DNA from: an uncultured Actinomycetota bacterium | GTDB taxonomy: Bacteria; Actinomycetota; UBA4738; HRBIN12 | DNA: 64,000 nucleotides | NCBI GenBank assembly: GCA_963711655.1 | Contig: CAVQEW010000007.1 | Coordinates: 12,990-76,989, forward strand | Reading direction: 5' to 3' | Shown: positions 11,348-20,997 of the stretch, in pieces | How the letters are laid out: every line of letters starts with the position of its first letter | Numbering within the stretch: position 1 is the first letter of the stretch | Notes under the pieces: model-generated | What the model was told of the DNA's origin: nothing | Seen by the model: the letters and a program-made list of their open reading frames with translations, nothing else | Databases searched by the model: none | Position numbers and translations under genes: made by a program

Positions 11348-12596
11348 CTACGATGAACCGGACGCGTCTTGGCTCTGTTGCGTCTCCTCGTAGATCCCCT
11401 GACCGGTCTGCGGGTCGAAGAAGTGCAGCCGGGCTGACGTCGACGACGAGCTCGATCGGCTCGCCCATCGTGGCGGTCGTTCGCGGGTTCAGACGCGCGA
11501 GGAACTCCGACTCCCCGGCGACCGCGCTCTTCTCCGCCGCCTCGAGGGCCTCCTGACCCACGTCTCCCGCGAGCTCCTTCGTGTCCTCCGTGATCACGAC
11601 GGGCGCCTTGATCATGAAGTGGACCAGCACGTCGGCGCCGAGCGCCTCCCGGAGGAACACCCCCGACGTGATCCGGCGGTCCGCGGGCGCGTCGGGTGCG
11701 AGCGACGCGTCCTCCATGTCCTCCGGTCGGATGCCCACGACGACCTGCTTGCTCTCGTACGCCTTCAACGCCGGGCGCGACGCGAACACCTCGTCGGGAA
11801 CGCCGAGGCGATAGCCGCCGAACTCGATCGTCGAGGACCCGTTCGATCGCGCGAGCGTCGCCTCGACCATGTTCATCGAGGGCGAGCCGATGAAGCCCGC
11901 GACGAACAGGTTCTCCGGGTGGTCGTAGAGGAACTGGGGGGAATCGGCCTGCTGCAGGACCCCCTTGCGGATCACGGCGACACGGTCGCCCATCGTCATC
12001 GCCTCGACCTGGTCGTGGGTGACGTACAGGGTGGTCGTGGAGAGCTCGTGCTGGATCCGCGCGATCTCCGAGCGCATCTGCACGCGGAGCTTCGCGTCCA
12101 GGTTGGACAGTGGCTCGTCCATCAGGAACGCCTTGGGCTCTCGGACGATCGCGCGACCCATCGCCACCCGCTGCCGCTGCCCGCCGGAGAGCGCCTTCGG
12201 CTTCCGGTCCAGGAACTCCTCGAGCCCGAGGATCTTCGCCGCCTCCTGGACGCGCTTCTCGATCTTCTGCTTGTCGAGCTTCCGCAGCTTGAGCCCGAAG
12301 GCCATGTTGTCGAACACGGTCATGTGCGGATAGAGCGCGTAGTTCTGGAACACCATCGCGATGTCGCGCTCCTTCGGGGGAACGGAGTTCACGACGCGGT
12401 CGCCGATGGAGATCGTTCCGTCCGTGATGGATTCGAGGCCCGCGACCATCCGGAGGGCCGTCGTCTTGCCGCAGCCCGAGGGGCCGACCAGGACGATGAA
12501 CTCGCCGTCCTTGATCTCGAGGTTCAGGTCTTTCACGGCGCTCGGCCCGCCTTCGCCGTAGACCTTGGACACATGGTCCAGCACGATCTCCGCCAT
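11348..12596 (-). pseudogene. MalK/MsiK/UgpC-type sugar ABC transporter ATP-binding protein, one frame change near its 3' end
   Basis: GPSGCGKTT (Walker A), [19 protein letters not shown] and THD (H-loop), plus a C-terminal regulatory domain. The last roughly 25 codons (..[29 protein letters not shown], stop at 11348) need a 1-nt correction near 11430. As given, the frame runs into the SBP gene (ORF 11226..12632). Confidence 0.85.
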
Positions 12597-12722
12597 ACAC
12601 GCCCTCCGATAGGACCTGAAGGAAACCCTCATTCAACCTCAAGAGGGTGGGGTCCGTCGAACCGGGCGGCGCCGAGGCCGGGCAGCCTCTCGGACACGCT
12701 GCGCCCCGTACCATTGGGCGCG

Positions 12723-13619
12723 ATGAGCACGTCGGAGGATCCCCGCCCGATACCCGGCTCGGTCGACGAGCTCCAGGCCCAGCTGGGAGCGCACGCCTAC
12801 CTGGCGGACCGGGGACTCGCGACCGCGATCCATCTCGCCCTCTCGCTGGACAAGCCGTTGTTGCTCGAGGGTGAGGCGGGCGTCGGCAAGACGGAGGTGG
12901 CCAAGGTCCTCGCCGAGCTGCTGGGACGCCGGCTGATCCGGCTCCAGTGCTACGAGGGGATCGACGCCTCCCAGGCGCTGTACGAGTGGAACTACGCGCG
13001 CCAGCTCCTGGCGGTCCGGGCGCTGGACGCCTCCGAGGCCGAGCGCCACGTCGATGACCTGTTCGGTCCCGAGTTCCTGGTGGAGCGGCCGCTGCTCGCG
13101 GCGATCCGGGCGGGGTCGGAAGCGGTGCTGCTGGTCGACGAGCTCGACCGCGCCGACGACGAGTTCGAAGCGTTCCTGCTCGAGATCCTCTCGGAGTTCG
13201 CCGTCACGATCCCGGAGGTGGGGCAGGTGGTGGCGGCGTCGCCCCCGGCGGTCGTGGTCACCTCGAACAGGACGCGCGAGCTCCACGATGCGCTGAAGCG
13301 ACGGTGCCTGTACCACTGGATCGATCACCCCGGGCTCGACCGCGAGGTGGAGATCGTGCGAGCTCGCGCGCCGCAGGTCGGCGAGGCGCTCGCCCGAGAC
13401 GTGGCGGGGGCGGTGGCCCGGCTCCGCGAGCTGGACCTCGCGAAGCTGCCGGGCGTGGCCGAGACGATCGACTGGGCGAACGCGCTCGCGTTCCTCGGCG
13501 CCGACCACCTCAGCCCGGAGCTCGCCCGCGACACGCTCGGCACCGTCGTGAAGGACCACGAGGACCAGGAGCTGGTGACGCCACGACTCGCCGAGGTCGT
13601 CGGCGATCGTGATGGCTGA
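12723..13619 (+). CDS. MoxR/CoxD-like AAA+ ATPase
   Basis: Intact 298 aa from ATG 12723, in frame in ORF 11619..13619. Walker A GEAGVGKT, Walker B LLVDELDRA, plus RRCLYHWIDHPG and a MoxR-type C-terminus. Confidence 0.9.
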   Translation: MSTSEDPRPIPGSVDELQAQLGAHAYLADRGLATAIHLALSLDKPLLLEGEAGVGKTEVAKVLAELLGRRLIRLQCYEGIDASQALYEWNYARQLLAVRALDASEAERHVDDLFGPEFLVERPLLAAIRAGSEAVLLVDELDRADDEFEAFLLEILSEFAVTIPEVGQVVAASPPAVVVTSNRTRELHDALKRRCLYHWIDHPGLDREVEIVRARAPQVGEALARDVAGAVARLRELDLAKLPGVAETIDWANALAFLGADHLSPELARDTLGTVVKDHEDQELVTPRLAEVVGDRDG

Positions 13620-15315
13620 GCCGGGTCCGGCGGCCGAGCCGCTCGGATCGCTGGTCGCGTTCGGACGGGAGCTGCGCGCCCGAGGGTTGCCGGTCGGGAC
13701 CGGGCGGATCCTCACGTTCATCCGGGCGGTCGTCGCGATCGGCCTGACCGACCGGATGTCGCTCTACTGGGCCGGACGGGTGTCGATGATCGGCCGCCGG
13801 GAGGACCTGGCCACCTACGACCTCGCGTTCGAGGACTGGTACCGCTCGATGCGGCCACCGGGTGAGCTCGCGATCGAGCTCGATCTGCCGTCGCTCGCTC
13901 GGCAGGGGATCGACTGGGGAGACCAGCCGGAAGAGCTGGAGGTCCGGGCGGGCGCGACCGCCGCCGAGTGGCACGGGCTGAGCGATGAGGACGAGGCGCC
14001 GGAGGCCGGCGACGAAGCGGCGATCCGGATCGTCGCGAGCGCGATGGAGGTCCTGCGGGCGAAGTCCTTCGCCGACCTGTCCGAGGACGAGCGCGACGAG
14101 GTCGGGCGGCTGATCCGCGCGCTCGCGGTCGCGCTGCCGGAGCAACGGATGCGGCGGACCCGGCCCTCGGCCACGGGCGCGCGGTTCGACGTCCGGCGGA
14201 CGCTGCGGCGGTCGCTGCGGACCCACGGGGAACCGTTCGATCGGGCGTGGCGCGAGCGCCGCGTCCGCGGCCGCCCGCTCGTGCTGATCCTGGACGTCAG
14301 CGGCTCGATGTCGCCGTACGCGCGGGCGTTGGTGCAGTTCGGCTACGCGGCGATGGCGGCCGGCCGGCGCGTTGAGGTGTTCTGCTTCGGGACGCGGCTC
14401 ACCCGCGTGACCCGAACGCTCCGGACGAAGGACCCCGACCGCGCGCTCCGCGACATCGGCCGGACCGTGGCCGACTGGGAGGGCGGGACGCGGATCGGCG
14501 AGTCACTGAAGGCGTTGCTCGACGGCTGGAGTCAGCGAGCGGCGCTGCGGGGTGCGGTGGTGGTCTTGTGCTCCGACGGCCTGGAGCGAGGCGATCCCGA
14601 GCTGCTGCGGGCGCAGATGACGCGCCTCGGCCGGCTCGCGCACAAGGTCGTGTGGGTGAATCCGCTCAAGGGCTCACCACGATACGAGCCGCTCGCGCGA
14701 GGGATGGCCGCGGCGTTGCCCTCGGTGGACGTGTTCCTGTCCGGTCACAACCTCGAGAGCCTGTCGGAGCTGTCCCGCGACCCTCGCCGGGTAGACCTCG
14801 GGATCGTTCGTTTCGTAGGCTCGCCCGCGATGGCCGCCGACGACGACGTGATCCGCGCCTACGACGAGGAGCTCGGGCCCGACCCGACGACGCGATCGAA
14901 CAGAGGATTCTGGGTCGTTGCCGGGACGATGCTGCTGGGCGGCATGTTCCTCGTCGTGGAGATCTTCGCGAACCGGCCGCTCGCGACCGCGATCGGGCAC
15001 GCGCAGGATTCGCTCCGACGAGCCGAGGCCGCGGCCGAGATCGTCTACAACCGCACGGCGTCGTTCGAGGATGCCGACGCCGAGTCATTGGAAGAGGACG
15101 TGCCCGACCTCGCCTTCCGTCCTGCGGACGAGGCTTCGTTCGGCCTCGACGTCGTGAGCGTCTCGGCTTCCGACCTCGAGTGGGCGGCCGCCGTGCAGAC
15201 GCGGCCGGGCGCCTGCTTCTACCTCCATCTGCGCGTCGGCGAGGACGCCCGCTACGGCGCCGGAACCGAGTGCACCGGCGAGGCCGCACTGCTCGCCGAA
15301 GACCCTCGCTGGTAG
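13609..15315 (+). CDS. CoxE-like VWA-domain protein with an unusual 170-aa C-terminal extension (possible read-through fusion)
   Basis: CoxE-type N-terminus (LVAFGRELRARGLPVGTGRILTF..YWAGRVSMIGRREDLATYDLAFEDWY) and MIDAS motif LILDVSGSMS. The start overlaps the moxR-like stop. After ..LSGHNLESLSEL the ORF continues into an unrelated part with one TM helix (FWVVAGTMLLGGMFLVVEIF). Confidence 0.8.
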   Translation: MMAEPGPAAEPLGSLVAFGRELRARGLPVGTGRILTFIRAVVAIGLTDRMSLYWAGRVSMIGRREDLATYDLAFEDWYRSMRPPGELAIELDLPSLARQGIDWGDQPEELEVRAGATAAEWHGLSDEDEAPEAGDEAAIRIVASAMEVLRAKSFADLSEDERDEVGRLIRALAVALPEQRMRRTRPSATGARFDVRRTLRRSLRTHGEPFDRAWRERRVRGRPLVLILDVSGSMSPYARALVQFGYAAMAAGRRVEVFCFGTRLTRVTRTLRTKDPDRALRDIGRTVADWEGGTRIGESLKALLDGWSQRAALRGAVVVLCSDGLERGDPELLRAQMTRLGRLAHKVVWVNPLKGSPRYEPLARGMAAALPSVDVFLSGHNLESLSELSRDPRRVDLGIVRFVGSPAMAADDDVIRAYDEELGPDPTTRSNRGFWVVAGTMLLGGMFLVVEIFANRPLATAIGHAQDSLRRAEAAAEIVYNRTASFEDADAESLEEDVPDLAFRPADEASFGLDVVSVSASDLEWAAAVQTRPGACFYLHLRVGEDARYGAGTECTGEAALLAEDPRW

Positions 15316-15325
15316 CCGAGGTCCG

Positions 15326-16596
15326 TCAGCGCGTCGCGGCGTCGATGAGCTCGATCGGGTGGACGACGTCGACGGTCGCCCGGATCTCGCGCAGGCCCGT
15401 GAGGAGCTGCATCGTGCAGCCGGGGTTGGCGGAGGCGACCACGGCGGCGCCGGTCGAGACGACCGCCTCGGCCTTCTCGCGCATCAATCGTCCCGGACAT
15501 CTCCGGCTCCGTGACGTTGTAGATCCCGGCGGCGCCGCAGCAGCGGTCGCCGTTCGGGATCTCCACGAGCTCGAGGTTCCCGATCGCACCGAGGAGCTCG
15601 CGCGGCTGTCGATGGATGCCCTGCGCGCGCAGGGCGTGGCAGGCGTCGTGGTAGGCGACGACGGTTCGCTCCGGGAGGGAGCCTGCGTCGACGCGGAGGC
15701 CCTTCGTCGGAGAGGAACGCGATCACGTCGCGAACGGGAAGGTCTGCGCCCTCGACGAGGTCGCCGTAGCCGGCCATGTGCGCGCCGCATCCCGCCGCGT
15801 TCACGATGACATGGTCGACGTCCGCGAACGCCGCCGCGTTCTTCTTCGCGAGCTTCCGCGCCGTGCCGAGGTGCCCGTTGTGGGCGGCCAGCGCACCGCA
15901 GCACCTCTGGCTCGGCCGGAACGACGACGCGCCAGCCGTTCCTCGCCAGCACCCGGATCGTCGCGACGGTTCACCCGGCCGGAACCACAGGTCCTGGACG
16001 CAGCCGGACAGGAGGGCGACCGTTCCCTCGGATCTCGCCCTCCGGTTCGGTGACGCGGGGGAGTCGCCCCGCGGCCCGGCTGCCGCGCGGGATCAACGAT
16101 CGGACGCGTCGAGGGAGGAAGGGGCGCGCGAGGGGAGCGAGCGCGCCCGCGATGCCGGGTCAGCGTGCGTGACGGCAGGACCACGTCGAGACCGACCCAT
16201 CGAGCGAACCGAGCGCGCCTCGAACGGAGCGGTTCGATCTGCGTCCTGGCCGCCTCCATCATCCGACCGAACGGCACGTGCGAGGGACAGACGTCCTCGC
16301 ACGCACGGCAGACGAGGCAGAGGTCCATGAACTCGGCGAACGTCTCGTCCGTCGTCGCGCGGCCCTCCTGGACGGCCCGCATCGCCGTGATGCGGCCGCG
16401 GGGCGACGCCGACTCCTCGCCGGTCAGCCGGTACGTCGGACAGTGGGGGAGACAGAGACCACATGCGACGCAGGCATCGAGGTCCGCCTGCGTCGGCGCG
16501 TCACCCGGTGCCCAGTTCGGTTCCCACTCCGGGCTCGGGGCCGATGAACCGCGCGCCCGTCCGGGAGGTCCGTGCCGAGTGGCTGTCAGTGTCCAT
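15326..16596 (-). pseudogene. (Fe-S)-binding oxidoreductase of the GlcF/LutA/DgcB type (2x 4Fe-4S ferredoxin motif plus 2x CCG domain), at least 5 frame changes
   Basis: [12 protein letters not shown] and [12 protein letters not shown], then the Cys-rich repeats NAAGCGAHM, CCGAAGIYN and SANPGCTMQL. Pieces are in ORFs 15801..16382, 15484..15804, 15252..15566 and 15326..15952. ATG 16596 overlaps the stop of the upstream flavoprotein gene by 11 nt. Confidence 0.7.
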
Positions 16597-18698
16597 CCGT
16601 CCCCATCATCTCGTCACGACCGGTGTCGACGTCGGGCACGCCCCGTTCGCGGTCGAACGCCACCGCGACGGCGGGATCCGTTCCGTCGATCTCGCGGGCG
16701 AGGCGGTGGCCGTCGAAGATCGCCTCGGAGATCATCCGCGGCGCGACGCAGTCGCCGATCCGGTAGACGGCCTCGATCCCGGCGTCTGCCCACGCCGCCC
16801 GATCACCCACGAGCTCCCGGTAGAGCGCGTCGTCCGACACCTGCTGCGTGACCAGCACGATCCCGTCGGCCTCGAGTGACCAGGGCTCCTCGAACTCGTC
16901 CTCGCCCGACACGAGCCGCGGCTCGACCGAGAGGACGGTGACGCCTCGGTGCATCGTGACGCCCGCCTCGTGCAGATGCTGGCGGAGCATCGGTCCCTCG
17001 AGGGTCAGGTCCGAGATCGGCGACACGACCTCGAGCGAGGTGACGAGGTCGACCTCGAACCCATCGTTCGCGAGGAGCTCGGCGATCCCCGGTCCGACGA
17101 AGTAGCCCTCGGCGTCGTAGACGACCACGCGGGACCCGTCCGGCCGTTTCCCGTCCATCACCTGTTCGGGCGTGAGCACGTGGGGGAGCGATGCCGAGGC
17201 GCCGTCGATCGGCTCGTGGGTCGATGACTGCACGCCCTCGCCCGACCAGTGCGAGCCGGTCGCCACGACCACGAGCTGCGCGCCGTAGTCGCGCACGTCC
17301 TCCGCCGAGAGCCGTTTCCCGGTCACCACCTCGACGTTGCGGAGCTTGGACAGCATCACCCGGCGGTGGTCGACGATCCGCCCCCAGTCGCCGAGGGTGG
17401 GGAGCCGCCGGACCCAGCGCATCCGTCCGCCGATCTCGTCCGACGCCTCCACCAGATGCACGGCCTCGAACCCGCGCCGTCCGAGCGTCACCGCGCACTC
17501 CATGCCCGCCGGTCCGGCGCCGACCACGAGCACGCCCCGGTCGGCGTTCGATGCACGGCTAGAACCGCTCGGGGTGCCAGCCGCGACGGTGCTCCTCGCC
17601 CGCCGTCGCGTTCTGGATGCAGCCGAGGTGCCCGAACCCGTCGACCTTCATGATGCAGACGTTCGACCCGGTGCATTCGCGGATCTCGTCCGTGCGGCCC
17701 TCGGCGATCTTCTGCGGCAGGAACGGGTCCGCGATCGACGGCCGCGCGGCCCCGATCAGGTCCCAGACGCCGCTCCGCACGATCGAGGCCATCTTGTCGG
17801 GGCTGGTGAGCCGCCCGACCCCGACGATCGGCTTGGCCGTCGCCTGGCGGATCCCCCCGGTCCACTCGAGCTGGTAGCCCTCCTCGAAGTAGCGCGACGT
17901 CCCGGAGTCCTTGCTCCAGTAGGCGATGGAGCCGACGTTCACGTCCCAGAGGTCGACGAGGTCGTCAGCCAGGTTGACGAACTCCAACGCCTCCTCGATG
18001 TGGATCCCGGCCGGCCCGAGCGCGTCCACGGCGATGCGGGTCACCACCGCGCACTCCTCGCCGACCGCATCGCGCACGCCCTCGAGCGTCTCGAGCCAGA
18101 AGCGCGCGCGATCCTTCAGCGAGCCGCCGTAGGCGTCCGTGCGCTTGTTGTAGAAGGGCGAGAGGAACTGCATCGGCAGGTACGAGTGCGCGCCGTAGAC
18201 GTAGACGATGTCGAACCCGCAGTCGCGAGCGCGGACGGCCGCCTGCGCCCAACCGTCCACCACCCGACGGATGTCCGACGCCTCCATCTCCTTCGGGACG
18301 ATGTGCGGCTCCAGGTCGGAGGCGAGCTGGCTCGGCGCGATCGAGGGGAGCCGGGTCTGGGCGTTCGGCGCGTGCGCGCCGGTGTGGTGCAGCTCGAGCC
18401 CGGCGAGCGCGCCGTGTTCGTGCGCGGCATCCGTCATCAGACGCAGCGCCCGCATGTCGTCCTCGTCCCAGAACCGCGCGGCGATCAGGGGCGCCTCGTC
18501 GGAGTCGGGGGAGAACGGCGCGTACTCGGTGCTGACCGCCGCCCAGCCGCCCTCGGCCTTGACGCCGCGGTGCGCCGCCTGCGTCCAGGGCTTCTCGGTC
18601 CCGAACCCCGAGCAATGGGGCACCTGGTAGAAGCGGTTCCGGAGCGTCTTCGGCCCGATCCGGACCGGCTCGAACAGGATCTCGTGGTTCGGGTCCAC
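16586..18698 (-). pseudogene. Trimethylamine/histamine-dehydrogenase-family flavoprotein (OYE-like FMN domain plus FAD/NAD(P) domain), DgcA-like, one frame change
   Basis: FEPVRIGPKTLRNRFYQVPH and GFDIVYVYGAHSYLPMQFLSPFYNKRTDAYGGSL (OYE barrel). Cys-rich linker ECTGSNVCIMKVDGFGHLGCIQNATAGEE. Then VVGAGPAGMECA (GxGxxG). On the minus strand ..CCC GAG CGG TTC TAG CCG TGC.. one extra nt creates the TAG at 17559. Removing it gives HPERFSRASNADRGVLVVGAGPAG and joins ORFs 17559..18698 and 16586..17533. Confidence 0.8.
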
Positions 18699-18792
18699 CG
18701 CGTTCCCACACCTTCCGTCGGGTGTCCGCCGGACCGTAGCAAGCGGGCGGCGCTCCCTGCCGGGGTCGGGAACTCGGGTACCGTCGGTCGCG

Positions 18793-19723
18793 ATGGCACC
18801 CGTGATCGAGATCGAGGGGCTCCGGAAGACCTATCGTCGATTCCGGAAGCCGCCCACCGTCGCGCTCGACGGGCTCGACCTCGAGGTGCCCGAGGGCGGT
18901 GTCTTCGGCTTCCTCGGCCCGAACGGCGCCGGGAAGACGACGACGATCCGCTGCGTCCTCGGGCTGGTCGCCGCCTCGGCAGGCCGGGCCCGGCTCCTCG
19001 GGACCGACGTCCCGGGAGGTCTCTCCGGCGTGGTACGGCGCGTCGGGTCGATCGTCGAGGCGCCCGCGCTGTTCCCCCGGTTCACCGGGCGGCGGAACCT
19101 CGAGATCCTGGCGCGGATCGACGGCATCGAGCGCGAAGGCCGTCGACGCCGCGCTCGACCGCGTCGGGCTCACGGCCCGCGGCGGCGACATGGTCCGGAC
19201 CTACTCGCTGGGGATGAAGCAACGCCTCGGCATCGCGGCCGCGCTGCTCAAGGATCCCTCGCTGCTGATCCTGGACGAGCCGGCCAACGGCCTCGATCCC
19301 GCCGGGATCGTCGAGGTGCGGGGCCTCCTGCGGAGCCTCGGGGCGGAGGGCCGCACGGTGTTCGTCTCGAGCCACATCCTGTCGGAGATCCAGCAGATCG
19401 CGGATCGCGTCGCGATCGTGGCTCGCGGCAAGCTCGTTGCCGCCGGGTCGGTCAACGAGGTGCTCGCGTCGGGACGAGCATCGGGCGTCGTCGTCCGCGT
19501 CGCCGACCTGGAGGCGGGCAGGCTCGCGCTCGCCGACGCCGGGATCACCTCCCGGATCGACGGTGACCTGCTCCGGGCCGCTGTTCCGCCCGCCGAGGCC
19601 GACCGTGCGGCGCGTGCGCTGGCAGACAGGGGCCTCTACCCCTCCCTCCTGCAGCCCGACGAGGGCAACCTCGAGCAGGCGTTCCTGGAGCTCACCGGCG
19701 ACGATCACCAGGTGGGCGCATGA
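18793..19723 (+). pseudogene. ABC transporter ATP-binding protein (ABC-2/DrrA-like exporter subunit), one frame change near 19135
   Basis: GPNGAGKTT, YSLGMKQRLGIAAALL, LLILDEPANGLD and SSHIL. The N-terminal part is in ORF 18793..19566 and the remainder in ORF 18899..19723. Confidence 0.85.
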
Positions 19724-20641
19724 GGCGCCTGATCGTCTCCGAGGTCCTTCGGTTCCGATCCCGTCGGCTCGTCGTGGTGATCCTGGTGGGAGCTCTGCTT
19801 GCCACGGCCGTCGGGCTCGTGATCGCCGCCTTCGACTCGACGCCTCCCACCGACGCGCAGATCGCGGCCGCCCGAGTGCAAGCGCGCGCGGAGGTCGAGA
19901 GCTGCCTGACCGCCGACTACGAAGGGGTGCAGTTCGAGGGGACCCTCGAGGAGTTCTGTCGCGAGTACTTCGGCGATCCCTCCGACTACATGCCGTCGCA
20001 TCTCAAGCTGGCTGATCTCCCGGAGGTCCTCGAGGGGGTCTCGTCGATCACGAGCATCCTGGCGCTCGTCGTCGGGGCCTCGGTCGTGGCGGTGTCATGG
20101 CAGACGGGCACGATCAGCACGATCTTCACGTGGGAGCCGCGGCGACCTCCGGTGGTTCGCCGCTCGCATCCTCGTGATCGCCGCGGGCGTGGTGGTGATG
20201 ACCCTCGTGATCGCCGCGTTCGTGTCCGCCGGACTCGCGGTCGCCTCGATGCTTCGTGGCTCGACGGTCGGTATCGATGGCGGATGGCGCTCCGACGTGC
20301 TGACGACCTCGCTCAGGGTTTCGGCCGCCGCCGCCGCCGCGGCCCTGATCGGTGCCGGGGTGGCCGCGGTCGGCCGGCACACGTCGGCCGCGCTCGGCGT
20401 GGTGTTCGTGTGGACGGCGGTGATCGAAGGGCTGATCCGTGGGTTCCGGCCTCTCTGGTCTCCCTGGCTGCTCGGTGACAACCTCGTCTCGTTCCTGGGC
20501 TGGGAGAGGATGGAGGTCCAGGTCTCACAGTTCGAGTTCTACACGGTCACTCCGGGTCGGGCGTCGTTCGTGATCCTCGGCTATGTCGCCCTGACCCTCG
20601 CACTCGGGTTCACGTTCATCCGCATCCGCGACGTCCAATAG
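19720..20641 (+). pseudogene. ABC-2 family transporter permease, one frame change near 20140
   Basis: ATGA overlap with the ATPase gene. N-terminal TM, a large extracytoplasmic loop, then about 5 helices across ORFs 19720..20478 and 20174..20641. Confidence 0.7.
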
Positions 20642-20690
20642 TCTCGTCGGCGGAGAGGTTGACCGCGCGTCACGAGCGAGGAGGTCACGG

Positions 20691-20991
20691 ATGCAGTTCC
20701 TGGTGGTCGCGAAGGACGGCACGGACGAAGGCGCCCTCGAGCGACGGAAGCGGACCCGGCCGACCCATCTGGGGTCGATCCAGCCACTCGTCGACCGTGG
20801 GAACGTGCTGGTGGGCGGCGCGATCCTGAACGAGGCCGGCGACATGATCGGCTCGATGCTCCTCGTCGAGTTCGCCGGACCGGGCGGATCTGGATGCGTG
20901 GCTCGATGCCGACCCGTACGTGACCGAGGGCGTCTGGCGCGAGGTCGAGGTCACACCCTTCCGCTCCGCCGTGGGAGCCTGGCAACCCTAG
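20691..20991 (+). pseudogene. YciI-family protein, one frame change near 20880
   Basis: MQFLVVAKDGTDEGALERRKRTRPTHLGSIQPLVDRGNVLVGGAILNEAGDMIGSMLLVEFA, then in the next frame DRADLDAWLDADPYVTEGVWREVEVTPFRSAVGAWQP and a stop at 20989-20991. Confidence 0.7.
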
Positions 20992-20997
20992 GGTCGG

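Noticed and set aside
11619-12722. 5' 368 codons of ORF 11619..13619
   Set aside because: This part is antisense to the MalK/MsiK-like ATPase. The MoxR sequence starts only at ATG 12723.
17337-19217. 626-aa plus-strand ORF spanning the flavoprotein gene and the start of the ABC ATPase
   Set aside because: It is antisense or out of frame to two well-supported genes. Its composition is dominated by R, P, G, A and D, and no domain is recognisable.
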